Assembly (NCBI RefSeq): GCF_963921235.1
Contig: NC_086097.1
Location: 66,156,001 to 66,220,000, forward strand
DNA: 64,000 nt
Direction of reading: 5' to 3'
Origin: Mobula hypostoma
Taxonomy: Eukaryota
Positions within the stretch are counted from its first letter, which is position 1; each line of letters starts with the position of its first letter. Of the stretch, positions 1-13,100 are shown one piece after another. A program made the position numbers and the translations under genes. The notes beneath the pieces are model-generated. The model saw only the letters and a program-made list of their open reading frames with translations, made no database searches and had not been told where the DNA came from.

Positions 1-96
1 GGCTGGAGGCTGGAGACTAGGGGTGAGGCAAGGCTGGAGGCTGGTGACCAGGGGCGAAGCGAGGCTGGAGGCTGGTGACGAGGGGCGAAGCGAGGC

Positions 97-3000
97 TGGA
101 GACTAGAGGCAGGGTGAGGCTGGAGGCTGGAGACTAGAGGCGAGGCGAGGCTGGAGGCGCGAGGCGAGGCTGGAGACGCGAGGCGAGGCTGGAGACGCGA
201 GGCGAGGCTGGAGGCTGGAGACTAGGGGCGGGGTGAGGCAAGGCTGGAGACTAGGGGCGAGGCAAGGCTGGACACTAGGGATGGAGTGAGGCTGGAGGCT
301 GGAGACTAGGGGTGAGGCAAGGCTGGAGGCTGGTGACTAGGGGCGAAGCGAGGCTGGAGGCTGGTGACTAGGGGCGGGGCGAGGCTGGAGACTAGAGGCG
401 GGGCTGGAGACTGGAGACGCGAGGCGAGGCTGGAGACTAGAGGAGAGGCGAGGCTGGAGTCGCGAGACGGGTCGAGGCTGGAGACGCGAGGCAAGCTGAG
501 AGTGGAGGCTGGAGACCAGTGGCGAGGCGAGGCTGGAGACCAGTGGCGAGGCGAGGCTGGAGACCAGTGGCGAGGCGAGGCTGGAGACCAGAGGCGAGGC
601 GAGGCTGGAGACTAGGGGCGTGGTGAGGCGAGGCTGGAGACTAGGGGCGAGTCTGGAGGCTGGAGACCAGAGGCAAGATGAGGCTGGAGGCTGGAGACTA
701 GAGGCGGGGCTGGAGACTGGAGACGCGAGGCGAGGCTGGAGACTAGAGGAGAGGCGAGGCTGGAGTCGCGAGACGAGTCGAGGCTGGAGATGCGAGGCAA
801 GGTGAGAGTGGAGGCTGGAGACCAGTGGCGAGGCGAGGCTGGAGACTAGAGGCGAGGCGAGACTGGAGACCAGAGGTGAGGCGAGGCTGGAGACTAGGGG
901 CGTGGTGAGGCAAGGCTGGAGACTAGGGGCAAGTCTGGAGGCTGGAGACCAGAGGCAAGATGAGGCTGGAGTCTGGTGACTAGAGGCGGGGCGAGGCTGG
1001 AGACTAGAGACTGGAGACGCGAGGCGAGGCTGGAGACGCGAGACGAGTCGAGGCGAGAGTGGAGGCTGGAGACTAGTGGCGTGGCGAGGCGAGGCTGGAG
1101 ACTAGAGGCGAGGCGAGACTGGAGACTAGGGGCGAGGCGAGGCTGGAGGCTGTAGACTAGTGGCGAGGCTGGAGGCTGGAGACTAGAGGCGAGGCAAGGG
1201 TGGAGTCTGGAGACTAGAGGCGAGGTGAGGCTGGAGGCGCGAGGCGAGGCTGGAGGCGCGAGGCGAGGCTGGAGACGCGAGGCGAGGCTGGAGGCTGGAG
1301 ACTAGGGGCGGGGTGAGGCAAGGCTGGAGACTAGGGGCAAGGCAAGGCTGGAGGCTGGAGACTAGGGGCGATGCAAGGCTGGAGGCTGGTGACTAGGGGC
1401 AAAGCGAAGCTGGAGGCTGTAGACTCGTGGCGAGGTTGGAGGCTAGGGGCGAGGCGAGGCTGCAGGCTGGAGACTGGGGCGAGGCTGTAGGCTGGAGACT
1501 AGAAGCTGGGTGAGGGTGTAGGCTGGAGACTAGAGGCGAGGCGAGGCTGTAGGCTGGAGACTAGATGCGAGGCGAGGCTGTAGGCTGGAGACTAGAGGCG
1601 AGGCGAGGCTGTAGGCTGGAGACTAGATGCGAGGCTGTAGGCTGGAGACTAGATGCGAGGCGAGGCTGTAGGCTGGAGACTAGAGGCGAGGCGAGGCTGT
1701 AGGCTGGAGACTAGAGGCGATGCGAGGCTCTCGGCTGGAGACTAGAGGCTAGGCGAGGCTGGAGGCTGGTGACTAGAGGCGAGGTGAGGCTGTAGGCTGG
1801 AGACTAGAGGGGAGGCGAGGCTGGAGGCTGGTGACTATGGGCGAAGCGAGGTTGGAGGCTGGAAACTAGAGGCGGGGCGAGGCTGGAGACTAGAGGCGGC
1901 GCTGGAGACTGGAGACGCGAGGCGAGGCTGGAGACGCGAGGCAAGGCGAGAGTGGAGGCTGGAGACTAGTGGCGAGGCGAGGCTGGAGACTAGTGGCAAG
2001 GCGAGGTTGGAGACTAGAGGCGAGGCGAGGCTTGAGACTAGTGGCGGGGTGAGGCGAGGCTGGAGACTAGGGGCGAGGCAAGGCTGGAGACTAGGGGTGG
2101 AGTGATGCTGGAGGCTGGAGACTAGGGGTGGAGTGAGGCTGGAGGCTGGTGACTAGGGGCGAAGCGAAGCTGGAGGCTGTAGACTAGTGGTGAGGTTGGA
2201 GGCTAGGGGCGAGGCTGGAGGCTGGAGACTAGAGGCACGGCTGGAGACTGGAGGCACGAGGTGAGGCTGGAGACTAGAGGCGAGGCTGGAGGCTGGAGAC
2301 TAGTGGCGAGGTTGGAGGCTAGGGGCGAGGCTGGAGGCTGGAGACTAGAGGCGAGGTGAGGGTGGAGTCTGGAGAGTAGGGGCGAGGTGAGGCTGTAGGC
2401 TGGAGACTAGATGCGAGGCGAGGCTGGAGTCTGGAGACGAGGGGCGAGGCGAGGCTGGAGGCTGCAGACCGGGGGCGATGCGAGGCTGGAGGCTGGGGAC
2501 CAGGGGCGACGCGAGGCTGGAGGCTGGAGACCAAATGCGAGGCCAGGCTGGAGGCTGGAGACCCGGGGCGGGGCGGGGCGAGGCTGGAGGCTGGAAACTA
2601 GGGGCGAGGCTGGTGGCTGGAAACTAGGAGTGAGGCGAGGCTGGAGGCTGGAGACTAGGGGCGAGGCGAGGCTGGAGACTGGAGACTAGGGGCGAGGCGA
2701 GGCTGGAGGCTGGAGACTAGGGGCGAGGCGAGTCTGGAGGCTGGAGACTAGGGGCGAGGCGAGGCTGGAGGCTGCAGACTGGGGGCGAGGCGAGGCTGGA
2801 GGCTGCAGACTGGGGGCGAGGCGAGGCTGGAGACTAGAGGCGGGGTGAGGCGAGGCTGGAGACTAGGGGCGAGGAAAGGCTGGAGGCTGGTGACGAGGGG
2901 CAAAGCGAAGCTGGAGGCTGTAGACTAGTGGCGAGGCTGGAGGCTGGAGACTAGAGGCGAGGCAAGGGTGGAGTCTGGAGACTAGGGGCGAGGTGAGGCT

Positions 3001-5912
3001 GGAGGCTGGAGACTAAGGGCGAGGCGAGGCTGGATGCTGGAGACTAGGGGCAACGCGAGGCTGGAGGCTGGGGACCGGGGGCGACGCGAGGCTGGAGGCT
3101 GGAGACCAGGGGCGGGGCGAGGCTGGAGACCCGGGGCGGGGCGAGGCTGGAGGCTGGAAACTAGGGGCGAGGCTGGTGGCTGGAAACTAGGGGTGAGGCG
3201 AGGCTGGAGGCTGGAGACTAGGGGCGAGGCGAGGCTGGAGGCTGGAGACTAGGGGCGAGGCGAGGCTGGAGGCTGGAGACTAGGGGCGAGGCGAGGCTGG
3301 AGGCTGTAGACTGGGGGTGAGGCGAGGCTGGAGACTAGGGGCGAGGAGAGGCTGGAGGCTGGAGACTAGGGGCGAGGCGAGGCTGGAGGCTGGAGACTAG
3401 GGGCGAGGCAAGGCTGGAGACTGGGGCGAGACGAGGCTGCAGGCTGGAGACTAGCGGCGTGGCGAGGCGAGGCTGGAGACTAGAGGTGAGTCTGGAGGCT
3501 GGAGACTAGAGGCGAGGCTGGAGGCTGGAGACTGAGGCGAGGTGAGCTTGGAGGGTGGAGACTAGACGCGAGGCTGGAGGCTCGAGACCAGAGGTGAGTC
3601 TGGAGACTAGAGTCGAGGCTGGAGACTAGAGGCGAGGCTGGAGACTGGAGGCGAGGCTGGAGGCTGGAGACTAGGGGCGAGGCGAGTTGAGGCTGGAGGC
3701 TGGAGACTTGGGGCGAGGCAAGGCAGTAGGCTGGAGACTAGAGGCGAGGCGAGGCTCGAGGGGCGAGGCAAGGCTGGAGGCTGGAGACGCGAGGCGAGGC
3801 TGGAGGCTGGAGACTCGGGGCGGGGCGAGGCTGGAGGTTGGAGACAAGGGGCGGGGTGAGGCAAGGCTGGAGACTAGGGGTGAGGCAAGGCTGGAGACTA
3901 GAGGCGGGGTGAGGCTGGAGGCTGGAGACTAGAGGCGAGGCGAGGCTGGAGGCGCGAGGCGAGGCTGGAGACGCGAGGCGAGGCTGGAGGCTGGAGACTA
4001 GGGGCGGGGTGAGGCAAGGCTGGAGACTAGGGGCGAGGCAAGGCTGGACACTAGGGATGGAGTGAGGCTGGAGGCTGGAGACTAGGGGTGAGGCAAGGCT
4101 GGAGGCTGGTGACTAGGGGCGAAGCGAGGCTGGAGGCTGGTGACTAGGGGCGGGGCGAGGCTGGAGACTAGAGGCGGGGCTGGAGACTGGAGACGCGAGG
4201 CGAGGCTGGAGACTAGAGGAGAGGCGAGGCTGGAGTCGCGAGACGGGTCGAGGCTGGAGACGCGAGGCAAGCTGAGAGTGGAGGCTGGAGACCAGTGGCG
4301 AGGCGAGGCTGGAGACCAGTGGCGAGGCGAGGCTGGAGACCAGTGGCGAGGCGAGGCTGGAGACCAGAGGCGAGGCGAGGCTGGAGACTAGGGGCGTGGT
4401 GAGGCGAGGCTGGAGACTAGGGGCGAGTCTGGAGGCTGGAGACCAGAGGCAAGATGAGGCTGGAGGCTGGAGACTAGAGGCGGGGCTGGAGGCTGGATAG
4501 GCTGGAGACGCGAGGCGAGGCTGGAGACTAGAGGAGAGGCGAGGCTGGAGTCGCGAGACGAGTCGAGGCTGGAGATGCGAGGCAAGGTGAGAGTGGAGGC
4601 TGGAGACCAGTGGCGAGGCGAGGCTGGAGACTAGAGGCGAGGCGAGGCTGGAGACCAGAGGCGAGGCGAGGCTGGAGACTAGGGGCGTGGTGAGGCAAGG
4701 CTGGAGACTAGGGGCAAGTCTGGAGGCTGGAGACCAGAGGCAAGATGAGGCTGGAGTCTGGTGACTAGAGGCGGGGCGAGGCTGGAGACTAGAGACTGGA
4801 GACGCGAGGCGAGGCTGGAGACGCGAGACGAGTCGAGGCGAGAGTGGAGGCTGGAGACTAGTGGCGTGGCGAGGCAAGGCTGGAGACTAGAGGCGAGGCG
4901 AGGCTGGAGGCTGGAGACTAGGGGCGAGGCGAGGCTGGAGACTAGGGGCGAGGCGAGGCTGGAGGCTGGAGACTAGGGGCGATGCAAGGCTGGAGGCCGG
5001 TGACTAGGGGCAAAGCGAAGCTGGAGGCTGTAGACTCGTGGCGAGGTTGGTGGCTAGGGGCGAGGCGAGGCTGGAGGCTGGAGACTGGGGCGAGGCTGTA
5101 GGCTGGAGACTAGCAGCTGGGCGAGGCTGTAGGCTGGAGACTAGAGGCAAGGCGAGGCTGTAGGCTGGAGACTAGATGCGAGGCGAGGCTGTAGGCTGGA
5201 GACTAGAGGCGAGGCGAGGCTGTAGGCTGGAGACTAGAGGCGAGGCGAGGCTGGAGGCTGGTGACTGGAGGCGAGCTGAGGCTGTAGGCTGGAGACTAGA
5301 GGCGAGGCGAGGCTGGAGGCTGGTGACTAGGGGCGAAGCGAGGCAGGAGGCTGGAGACTAGAGGCGGGGCGAGGCTGGAGGCTGGAGACTAGAGGCGGGG
5401 TGAGGCTGGAGACTAGAGGCGGCGCTGGAGACTGGAGACGCGAGGCGAGGCTGGAGACGCGAGGCAAGGCGAGAGTGGAGGCTGGAGACTAGTGGCGAGG
5501 CGAGGCTGGAGACTAGTGGCGAGGCGAGGCTGGAGACTAGTGGCGAGGCGAGGCTGGAGACTAGTGGCGAGGCGAGGCTGGAGGCGAGGCGAGGCTGGAG
5601 ACTAGAGGCGAGGCGAGGTTGGAGACTAGAGGCGAGGCGAGGCTTGAGACTAGTGGCGGTGTGAGGCGAGGCTGGAGACTAGGGGCGAGGCAAGGCTGGA
5701 GACTAGGGGTGGAGTGATGCTGGAGGCTGGAGACTAGGGGTGGAGTGAGGCTGGAGGCTGGTGACTTGGGGCGAAGTGAAGCTGGAGGCTGTAGACTAGT
5801 GGTGAGGTTGGAGGCTAGGGGCGAGGCTGGAGGCTTGAGACTAGAGGCGCGGCTGGAGACTGGAGACACGAGGTGAGGCTGGAGACTAGAGGCGAGGCTG
5901 GAGGCTGGAGAC
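97..5912 (+). repeat. Higher-order duplication: ~97-2300 copied at ~3890-5912 (offset ~3.6-3.8 kb)
   Basis: The rare variant GACACTAGGGATGG occurs at ~271 and ~4047. ORF-track peptides are identical at 306/4082 and 364/4140 (offset 3776). GATGCAAGG...GACTCGTGG is shared at ~1370-1430 and ~4980-5040. Confidence 0.85.
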
Positions 5913-8289
5913 TTGGGGCGAGGCGAGGCAGTAGGCTGGAGACTAGAGGCGAGGCGAGGCTCGAGGCTGGAGACTGGGGTGGGGCGAGGCTGGAGACTCG
6001 GGGCGGGGCGAAGCTGGAGGCTGGAGACTACGGGCGGGGTGAGGCAAGGCTGGAGACTAGGGGCGAGGCAAGGCTGGAGACTAGGGGTGGAGTGAGGCTG
6101 GAGGCTGGAGACTAGGGGTGAGGCAAGGCTGGAGGCTGGTGACTAGGGGCGAAGCGAGGCTGGAGGCTGGAGACTTGAGGCGGGGGGAGGTTGGAGACTA
6201 GAGGCGGGGCTGGAGACTGGAGAAGCGAGGCGAGGCTGGAGACGCGAGACGAGTCGGGGCAAGAGTGGAGGCTGGAGACTAGTGGCGAGGTGAGGCTGGA
6301 GATTAGTGGCAAGGCGAGGCTGGAGACTAGGGGCGAGGCGAGGCTGGAGACTAGGGGTGGAGTGAGGCTGGAGGCTGGAGACTAGGGGCGATCCAAGGCT
6401 GGAGGCTGGTGACTAGGGGCAAAGCGAAGCTGGAGGCTTTAGACTCGTGGCGAGGTTGGAGGCTAGGGGCGAGGCGAGGCTGGAGACTAGAGGTGAGGTG
6501 AGGCTGTAGGCTGGAGACTAGAGGCGAGGCGAGGCTGGAGGCTGGTGACTATGGGCGAAGCGAGGCTGGAGGCTGGAGACTAGAGGCGGGGCGAGGCTCT
6601 AGGCTGGAGACTAGAGGCAGCGCTGGAGACTGGAGACGCGAGGCGAGGCTGGAGACGCGAGGCAAGGCGAGAGTGGAGACTAGTGGCAAGGTGAGGCTGG
6701 AGACTAGAGGCGAGGCGAGTTTGGAGACTAGAGGCGAGGCGAGGCTTGAGACTAGTGGCGGGATGAGGCGAGGCTGGAGAATAGGGGTGAGGCAAGGCTG
6801 GAGACTAGGGGTGGAGTGATGCTGGAGGCTGGAGACTAGAGGCGCGGCTGGAGACTGGAGACATGAGGCGAGGCTGGAGACTAGAGGAGAGGCGAGGCTG
6901 GAGACGCGAGACGAGTCGAAGCTGGAGAGGCGAGGCGAGAGTGGAGGCTGGAGACTAATGGCAAGGCGAGGCTGGAGACGCGACGTGAGGCTGGAGACCC
7001 GGGGCGGGGCGAGGCTGGAGACTCGAGGCGGGGTGAGGCGAGGCTGGAGACTAGGGGCGAGGAAAGGCTGGAGGCTGGTGACGAGGGGCAAAGCGAAGCT
7101 GGAGGCTGTAGACTAGTGGTGAGGTTGGAGGCTAGGGGCGAGGCTGGAGGCTGGAGACTAGAGGCGCGACTGGAGACACGAGGCGAGGCTGGAGACTAGA
7201 GGAGAGGCGAGGCTGGAGACGCGAGACGAGTCGAAGCTGGAGAGGCGAGGCGAGAGTGGAGGCTGGAGACTAGTGGCAAGGCGAGGCTGGAGACGCGACG
7301 TGAGGCTGGAGACCCGGGGCAGGGCGAGGCTGGAGACTAGAGGCGGGGTGAGGCGAGGCTGGAGACTAGGGGCGAGGAAAGGCTGGAGGCTGGTGACGAG
7401 GGGCAAAGCGAAGCTGGAGGCTGTAGACTAGTGGCGAGGTTGGAGGCTAGGGGCGAGGCTGGAGGCTGGAGACTAGAGGCGCGACTGGAGACACGAGGCG
7501 AGGCTGGAGACTAGAGGAGAGGCGAGGCTGGAGACGCGAGACGAGTCGAGGCTGGAGACGCGAGGTGAGGCGAGAGTGGAGGCTGGAGACTAGTGGCGAG
7601 GCGAGGCTGGAGACGCGAGCTGAGGCTGGAGACCCTGGGCGGGGCGAGGCTGGAGGCTGGAAACCAGGGGCGAGGCTGGAGACTGGAGGTGTGGCGAGGC
7701 TGGTGGCTGGAGACTACAGGCGAGGCGAGGCTGGAGATTGGGGGCGGGGTGAGGCGAGGCTGGAGACTAGGGGCGAGGCAAGGCTGGAAACTAGGGGTGG
7801 AGTGAGGCTGGAGGCTGGAGACTAGGGGCGAAGCGAAGCTGGAGGCTGTAGACCAGTGGCGAGGTTGGCGGCTGGGGCGAGGCTGGAGGCTAGGGGCGAG
7901 GCGAGGTTGAAGTCTGGGGACCGGGGGCGAGGCGAGGCTGGAGGCTGGGGACCGGGGGCGACGCGAGGCTGGAGGCTGGGGACCAAATGCGAGGCGAGGC
8001 TGGAGGCTGAAGACCCGGGGCGGGGCGAGGCTGGCGACCCGGGGCGGGGCGAGGCTGGAGACCCGGGGCGGGGCGAGGCTGGAGACCCGGGGCGGGGCGA
8101 GGCTGGAGACCCGGGGCGGGGCGAGGCTGGAGGCTGGAAACTAGGGGCGATGCGAGGCTGGAGGCTGGAGACTAGGGGCGAGGCGAGGCTGGAGGCTGGA
8201 GACGAGGGGCGAGGCGAGGCTGGAGGCTGGAGACTAGGGGCGAAGCGAAGCTGGAGGCTGTAGACTAGTGGCGAGGTTGGAGGCTAGGG

Positions 8290-11200
8290 GCGAGGCTGGA
8301 GGCTGGAGACTAGAGGCGCGACTGGAGACACGAGGCGAGGCTGGAGACTAGAGGAGAGGCGAGGCTGGAGACGCGAGGCGAGGCGAGAGTGGAGGCTGGA
8401 GACTAGTGGCGAGGCGAGGCTGGAGACCCGGGGCGGGACGAGGCTGGAGGCTGGAAACCAGGGGCGAGGCTGGAGACTGGAGGTGTGGCGAGGCTGGTGG
8501 CTGGAGACGAGAGGCGAGGCTGGAGATTGGGGGCGGGGTGAGGCGAGGCTGGAGACTAGGGGCGAAGCGAAGCTGGAGGCTGTAGACCAGTGGCGAGGTT
8601 GGCGGCTGGGGCGAGGCTGGAGGCTAGGGGCGAGGCGAGGCTGGAGGCTGGAGACCGGGGGCGAGGCGAGGCTGGAGGCTGGAGACCGGGGGCGACGCGA
8701 GGCTGGAGGCTGGGGACCGGGGGCGACGCGAGGCTGGAGGCTGGGGACCAAATGCCAGGCGAGGCTGGAGGCTGAAGACCCGGGGCGGGGCGAGGCTGGC
8801 GACCCGGGGCGGATCGAGGCTGGCGACCCAGGGCGGGGCGAGGCTGGCGACCCAGGGCGGGGCGAGGCTGGAGACCCGGGGCGGGGCAAGGCTGGAGGCT
8901 GGAAACTAGGGGCGAGGCTGGTGGCTGGAGGCTGGAGACTAGGGGCGAGGCGAGGCTGGAGGCTGGAGACGAGGGGCGAGGCGAGGCTGGAGACTAGAGG
9001 CGTGGCGAGGCGAGGCTGGAGACAAGACGCGAGGCTGGAGGCTGGAGACTAGAGGCGAGGCTGGAGACTAGAGGCGAGGCTGGAGACTGAGGTGAGGCTG
9101 GAGGCTGGAGACTAGGGGCGAGGCGAGGCTGGAGGCTAGGGACCCGGGGCGGGGCGAGGCTGGAGGCTGGAAACTCGGTGCGAGGCTGGAGGCTGGAGAC
9201 TAGAGGCGTGGTGAGGCTGGTGGCTGGAGACTAGAGGCGAGGCGAGGCTGGAGACTAGGGGCGGGGTGAGGCGAGGCTGGAGACTAGGGGCGAGGCAAGG
9301 CTGGAGGCTGGCGACTAGGGGCGAAGCGAAGCTGGAGGCTGTAGATGTGGCGAGGTTGGAGGCCAGGGGCGAGGCTGGAGGCTGGAGACTAGGGGCGAGA
9401 CGAGGCTGGAGGCTGGAGACCAGAGGCGACACGAGGCTGGAGGCTGGATACCCGGGGCGGGGCGAGGCGAGGCTGGAGGGTGGAAACTGGGGGCGAGGCT
9501 GGAGGCTGGAGACTAGAGGCGCGACTGGAGACACGAGGCGAGGCTGGAGACTAGAGGAGAGGCGTGGCTTGAGACGCGAGGCGAGGCGAGAGTGGAGGCT
9601 GGAGACTAGTGGCGAGGCGAGGCTGGAGACCCGGGGCGGGGCGAGGCTGGAGGCTGGAAACCAGGGGCGAGGCTGGAGACTGGAGGTGTGGCGAGGCTGG
9701 TGGCTGGAGACTAGAGGCGAGGCGAGGCTGGAGATTGGGGGCGGGGTGAGGCGAGGCTGGAGACTAGGGGCGAAGCGAAGCTGGAGGCTGTAGACCAGCG
9801 GCGAGGTTGGCGGCTGGGGCGAGGATGGAGGCTAGGGGTGAGGCGAGGCTGGAGTCTGGAGACCGGGGGCGAGGCGAGGCTGGAGGCTGGAGACCGGGGG
9901 CGACGCGAGGCTGGAGGCTGGGGACCGGGGGCGACGCGAGGCTGGAGGCTGGGGACCAAATGCGAGGCGAGGCTGGAGGCTGAAGACCCGGGGCGGGGCG
10001 AGGCTGGCGACCCGGGGCGGATCGAGGCTGGCGACCCAGGGCGGGGCGAGGCTGGCGACCCAGGGCGGGGCGAGGCTTGAGACCCGGGGCGGGGCGAGGC
10101 TGGAGACCCGGGGCGGGGCAAGGCTGGAGGCTGGAAACTAGGGGCGAGGCTGGTGGCTGGAGGCTGGAGACTAGGGGCGAGGCGAGGCTGGAGGCTGGAG
10201 ACTAGGGGCGATGCGAGGCTGGAGGCTAGAGACTAGGGGCGAGGCGAGGCTGGAGGCTGCAGACTAGGGGCGAGGCGAGGCTGGAGGCTGGAGACGAGGG
10301 GTGAGGCGAGGCTGGAGACTAGAGGCGTGGCGAGGCGAGGCTGGAGACAAGACGCGAGGCTGGAGGCTGGAGACTAGAGGCGAGGCTGGAGACTAGAGGC
10401 GAGGCTGGAGACTGAGGTGAGGCTGGAGGCTGGAGACTAGGGGCGAGGCGAGGCTGGAGGCTAGGGACCCGGGGCGGGGCGAGGCTGGAGGCTGGAAACT
10501 CGGTGCGAGGCTGGAGGCTGGAGACTAGAGGCGTGGTGAGGCTGGTGGCTGGAGACTAGAGGCGAGGCGAGGCTGGAGACTAGGGGCGGGGTGAGGCGAG
10601 GCTGGAGACTAGGGGCGAGGCAAGGTTGGAGGCTGGCGACAAGGGGCGAAGCGAAGCTGGAGGCTGTAGATGTGGCGAGGTTGGAGGCCAGGGGCGAGGC
10701 TGGAGGCTGGAGACTAGGGGCGAGACGAGGCTGGAGGCTGGAGACCAGAGGCGACACGAGGCTGGAGGCTGGATACCCGGGGCGGGGCGAGGCTGGAGGG
10801 TGGAAACTGGGGGCGAGGCTGGAGGCTGGAGACTAGAGGCGAGGCGAGGCAGGGCTGCAGACTAGAGGCAAGGCAAGGCTGGAGGCTGGAGACCCGGGGC
10901 GGGGCGATGCTGGAGGCTGGTGACCTGGGGCGGGGCGAGGCTGGAGGCTGGAGACCAGAGGCGTGGCGAGGCTTGTGGCTGGAGACTAGAGGCGAGGCGA
11001 GGCTGGAGACTAGGGGCGGGGTGAGGCGAGGCTGGAGACTGGAGACTGGGGCGAGGCGAGGCTGGAGGCTGGAGACTAGGGGCGAGGCTGTAGGCTGGAG
11101 ACTAGAAGCTAGGCGAGGCTGTAGGCTGGAGACTAGAGGCGAGGCTGTAGGCTGGAGACTAGAGGCGAGGCTGGAGGCTGGAGACTAGATGCGAGGCGAG

Positions 11201-13100
11201 GCTGTAGGCTGGAGACTAGAGGCGATGTGAGGCTGTAGGCTGGAGACTATGGGCGAAGCGAGGCTGGAGGCTGGAGACTAGAGGCGGGGCGAGGCTGGAG
11301 GCTGGAGACTAGAGGCGGGGTGAGGCTGGAGACTAGAGGCGGCGCTGGAGACTGGAGACGCGAGGCAAGGCTGGAGACGCGAGGCAAGGCGAGAGTGGAG
11401 GCTGGAGACTAGTGGCGAGGCGAGGCTGGAGACTAGTGGCGAGGCGAGGCTGGAGACTAGTGGCGAGGCGAGGTTGGAGACTAGAGGCGAGGCGAGGCTG
11501 GAGACTAGTGGCGGGGTGAGGCGAGGCTGGAGACTAGGGGCGAGGCAAGGCTGGAGACTAGGGGTGGAGTGATGCTGGAGGCTGGAGACTAGGGGTGGAG
11601 TGAGGCTGGAGGCTGGTGACTAGGGGCGAAGCGAAGCTGGAGGCTGTAGACTAGTGGCGAGGTTGGAGGCTAGGGGCGAGGCTGGAGGCTGGAGACTAGA
11701 GAGGCGCGGCTGGAGACTGGAGACACGAGGCGAGGCTGGAGACTAGAGGCGAGGCAGTAGGCTGGAGACTAGAGGCGAGGCGAGGCTCGAGGCTGGAGAC
11801 TAGGGGTGGGGCGAGGCTGGAGACTCGGGGCGCGGTGAAGCTGGAGGCTGGAGACTAGGGGCGGGGTGAGGCAAGGCTGGAGACTAGGGGCGAGGCAAGG
11901 CTAGAGACTAGGGGTGGAGTGAGGCTGGAGGCTGGAGACTAGGGGTGAGGCGAGGCTGGAGGCTGAAGACCCGGGGCGGGGCGAGGCTGGCGACCCGGGG
12001 CGGATCGAGGCTGGCGACCCAGGGCGGGGCGAGGCTGGCGACCCAGGGCGGGGCGAGGCTGGAGACCCGGGGCGGGGCGAGGCTGGAGACCTGGGGCGGG
12101 GCAAGGCTGGAGGCTGGAAACTAGGGGCGAGGCTGGTGGCTGGAGGCTGGAGACGAGGGGTGAGGCGAGGCTGGAGACAAGACGCGAGGCTGGAGGCTGG
12201 AGACTAGAGGCGAGGTTGGAGACTAGAGGCGAGGCTGGAGACTGAGGTGAGGCTGGAGGCTGGAGACTAGGGGCGAGGCGAGGCTGGAGGCTAGGGACCC
12301 GGGGCGGGGCGAGGCTGGAGGCTGGAAACTCGGTGCGAGGCTGGAGGCTGGAGACTAGAGGCGTGGTGAGGCTGGTGGCTGGAGACTAGAGGCGAGGCGA
12401 GGCTGGAGACTAGAGGCGGGGTGAGGCGAGGCTGGAGACTAGGGGCGAGGCAAGGTTGGAGGCTGGCGACAAGGGGCGAAGCGAAGCTGGAGGCTGTAGA
12501 TGTGGCGAGGTTGGAGGCCAGGGGCGAGGCTGGAGGCTGGAGACTAGGGGCGAGACGAGGCTGGAGGCTGGAGACCAGAGGCGACACGAGGCTGGAGGCT
12601 GGATACCCGGGGCGGGGCGAGGCTGGAGGGTGGAAACTGGGGGCGAGGCTGGAGGCTGGAGACTAGAGGCGAGGCGAGGCAGGGCTGCAGACTAGAGGCA
12701 AGGCAAGGCTGGAGGCTGGAGACCCGGGGCGGGGCGATGCTGGAGGCTGGAGACCAGAGGCGTAGCGAGGCTTGTGGCTGGAGACTAGAGGCGAGGCGAG
12801 GCTGGAGACTAGGGGCGGGGTGAGGCGAGGCTGGAGGCTGGAGACTGGGGCGAGGCGAGGCTGGAGGCTGGAGACTAGGGGCGAGGCTGTAGGCTGGAGA
12901 CTAGAGGCTAGGCGAGGCTGTAGGCTGGAGACTAGAGGCGAGGCGAGGCTGGAGGCTGGTGACTATGGGCGAAGCGAGGCTGGAGGCTGGAGACTAGAGG
13001 CGAGGCGAGGCTGTAGGCTGGAGACTAGAGGCGATGTGAGGCTGTAGGCTGGAGACTATGGGCGAAGCGAGGCTGGAGGCTGGAGACTAGAGGCGGGGCG
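8290..13100 (+). repeat. Nested ~1.2-kb and ~1.8-2.0-kb duplications
   Basis: GCTGAAGACCCGG...CGGATCGAGG occurs at ~8771, ~9979 and ~11962. ORF-track peptides are identical at 10461/12291, 10591/12421 and 10626/12456 (offset 1830). Confidence 0.85.
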
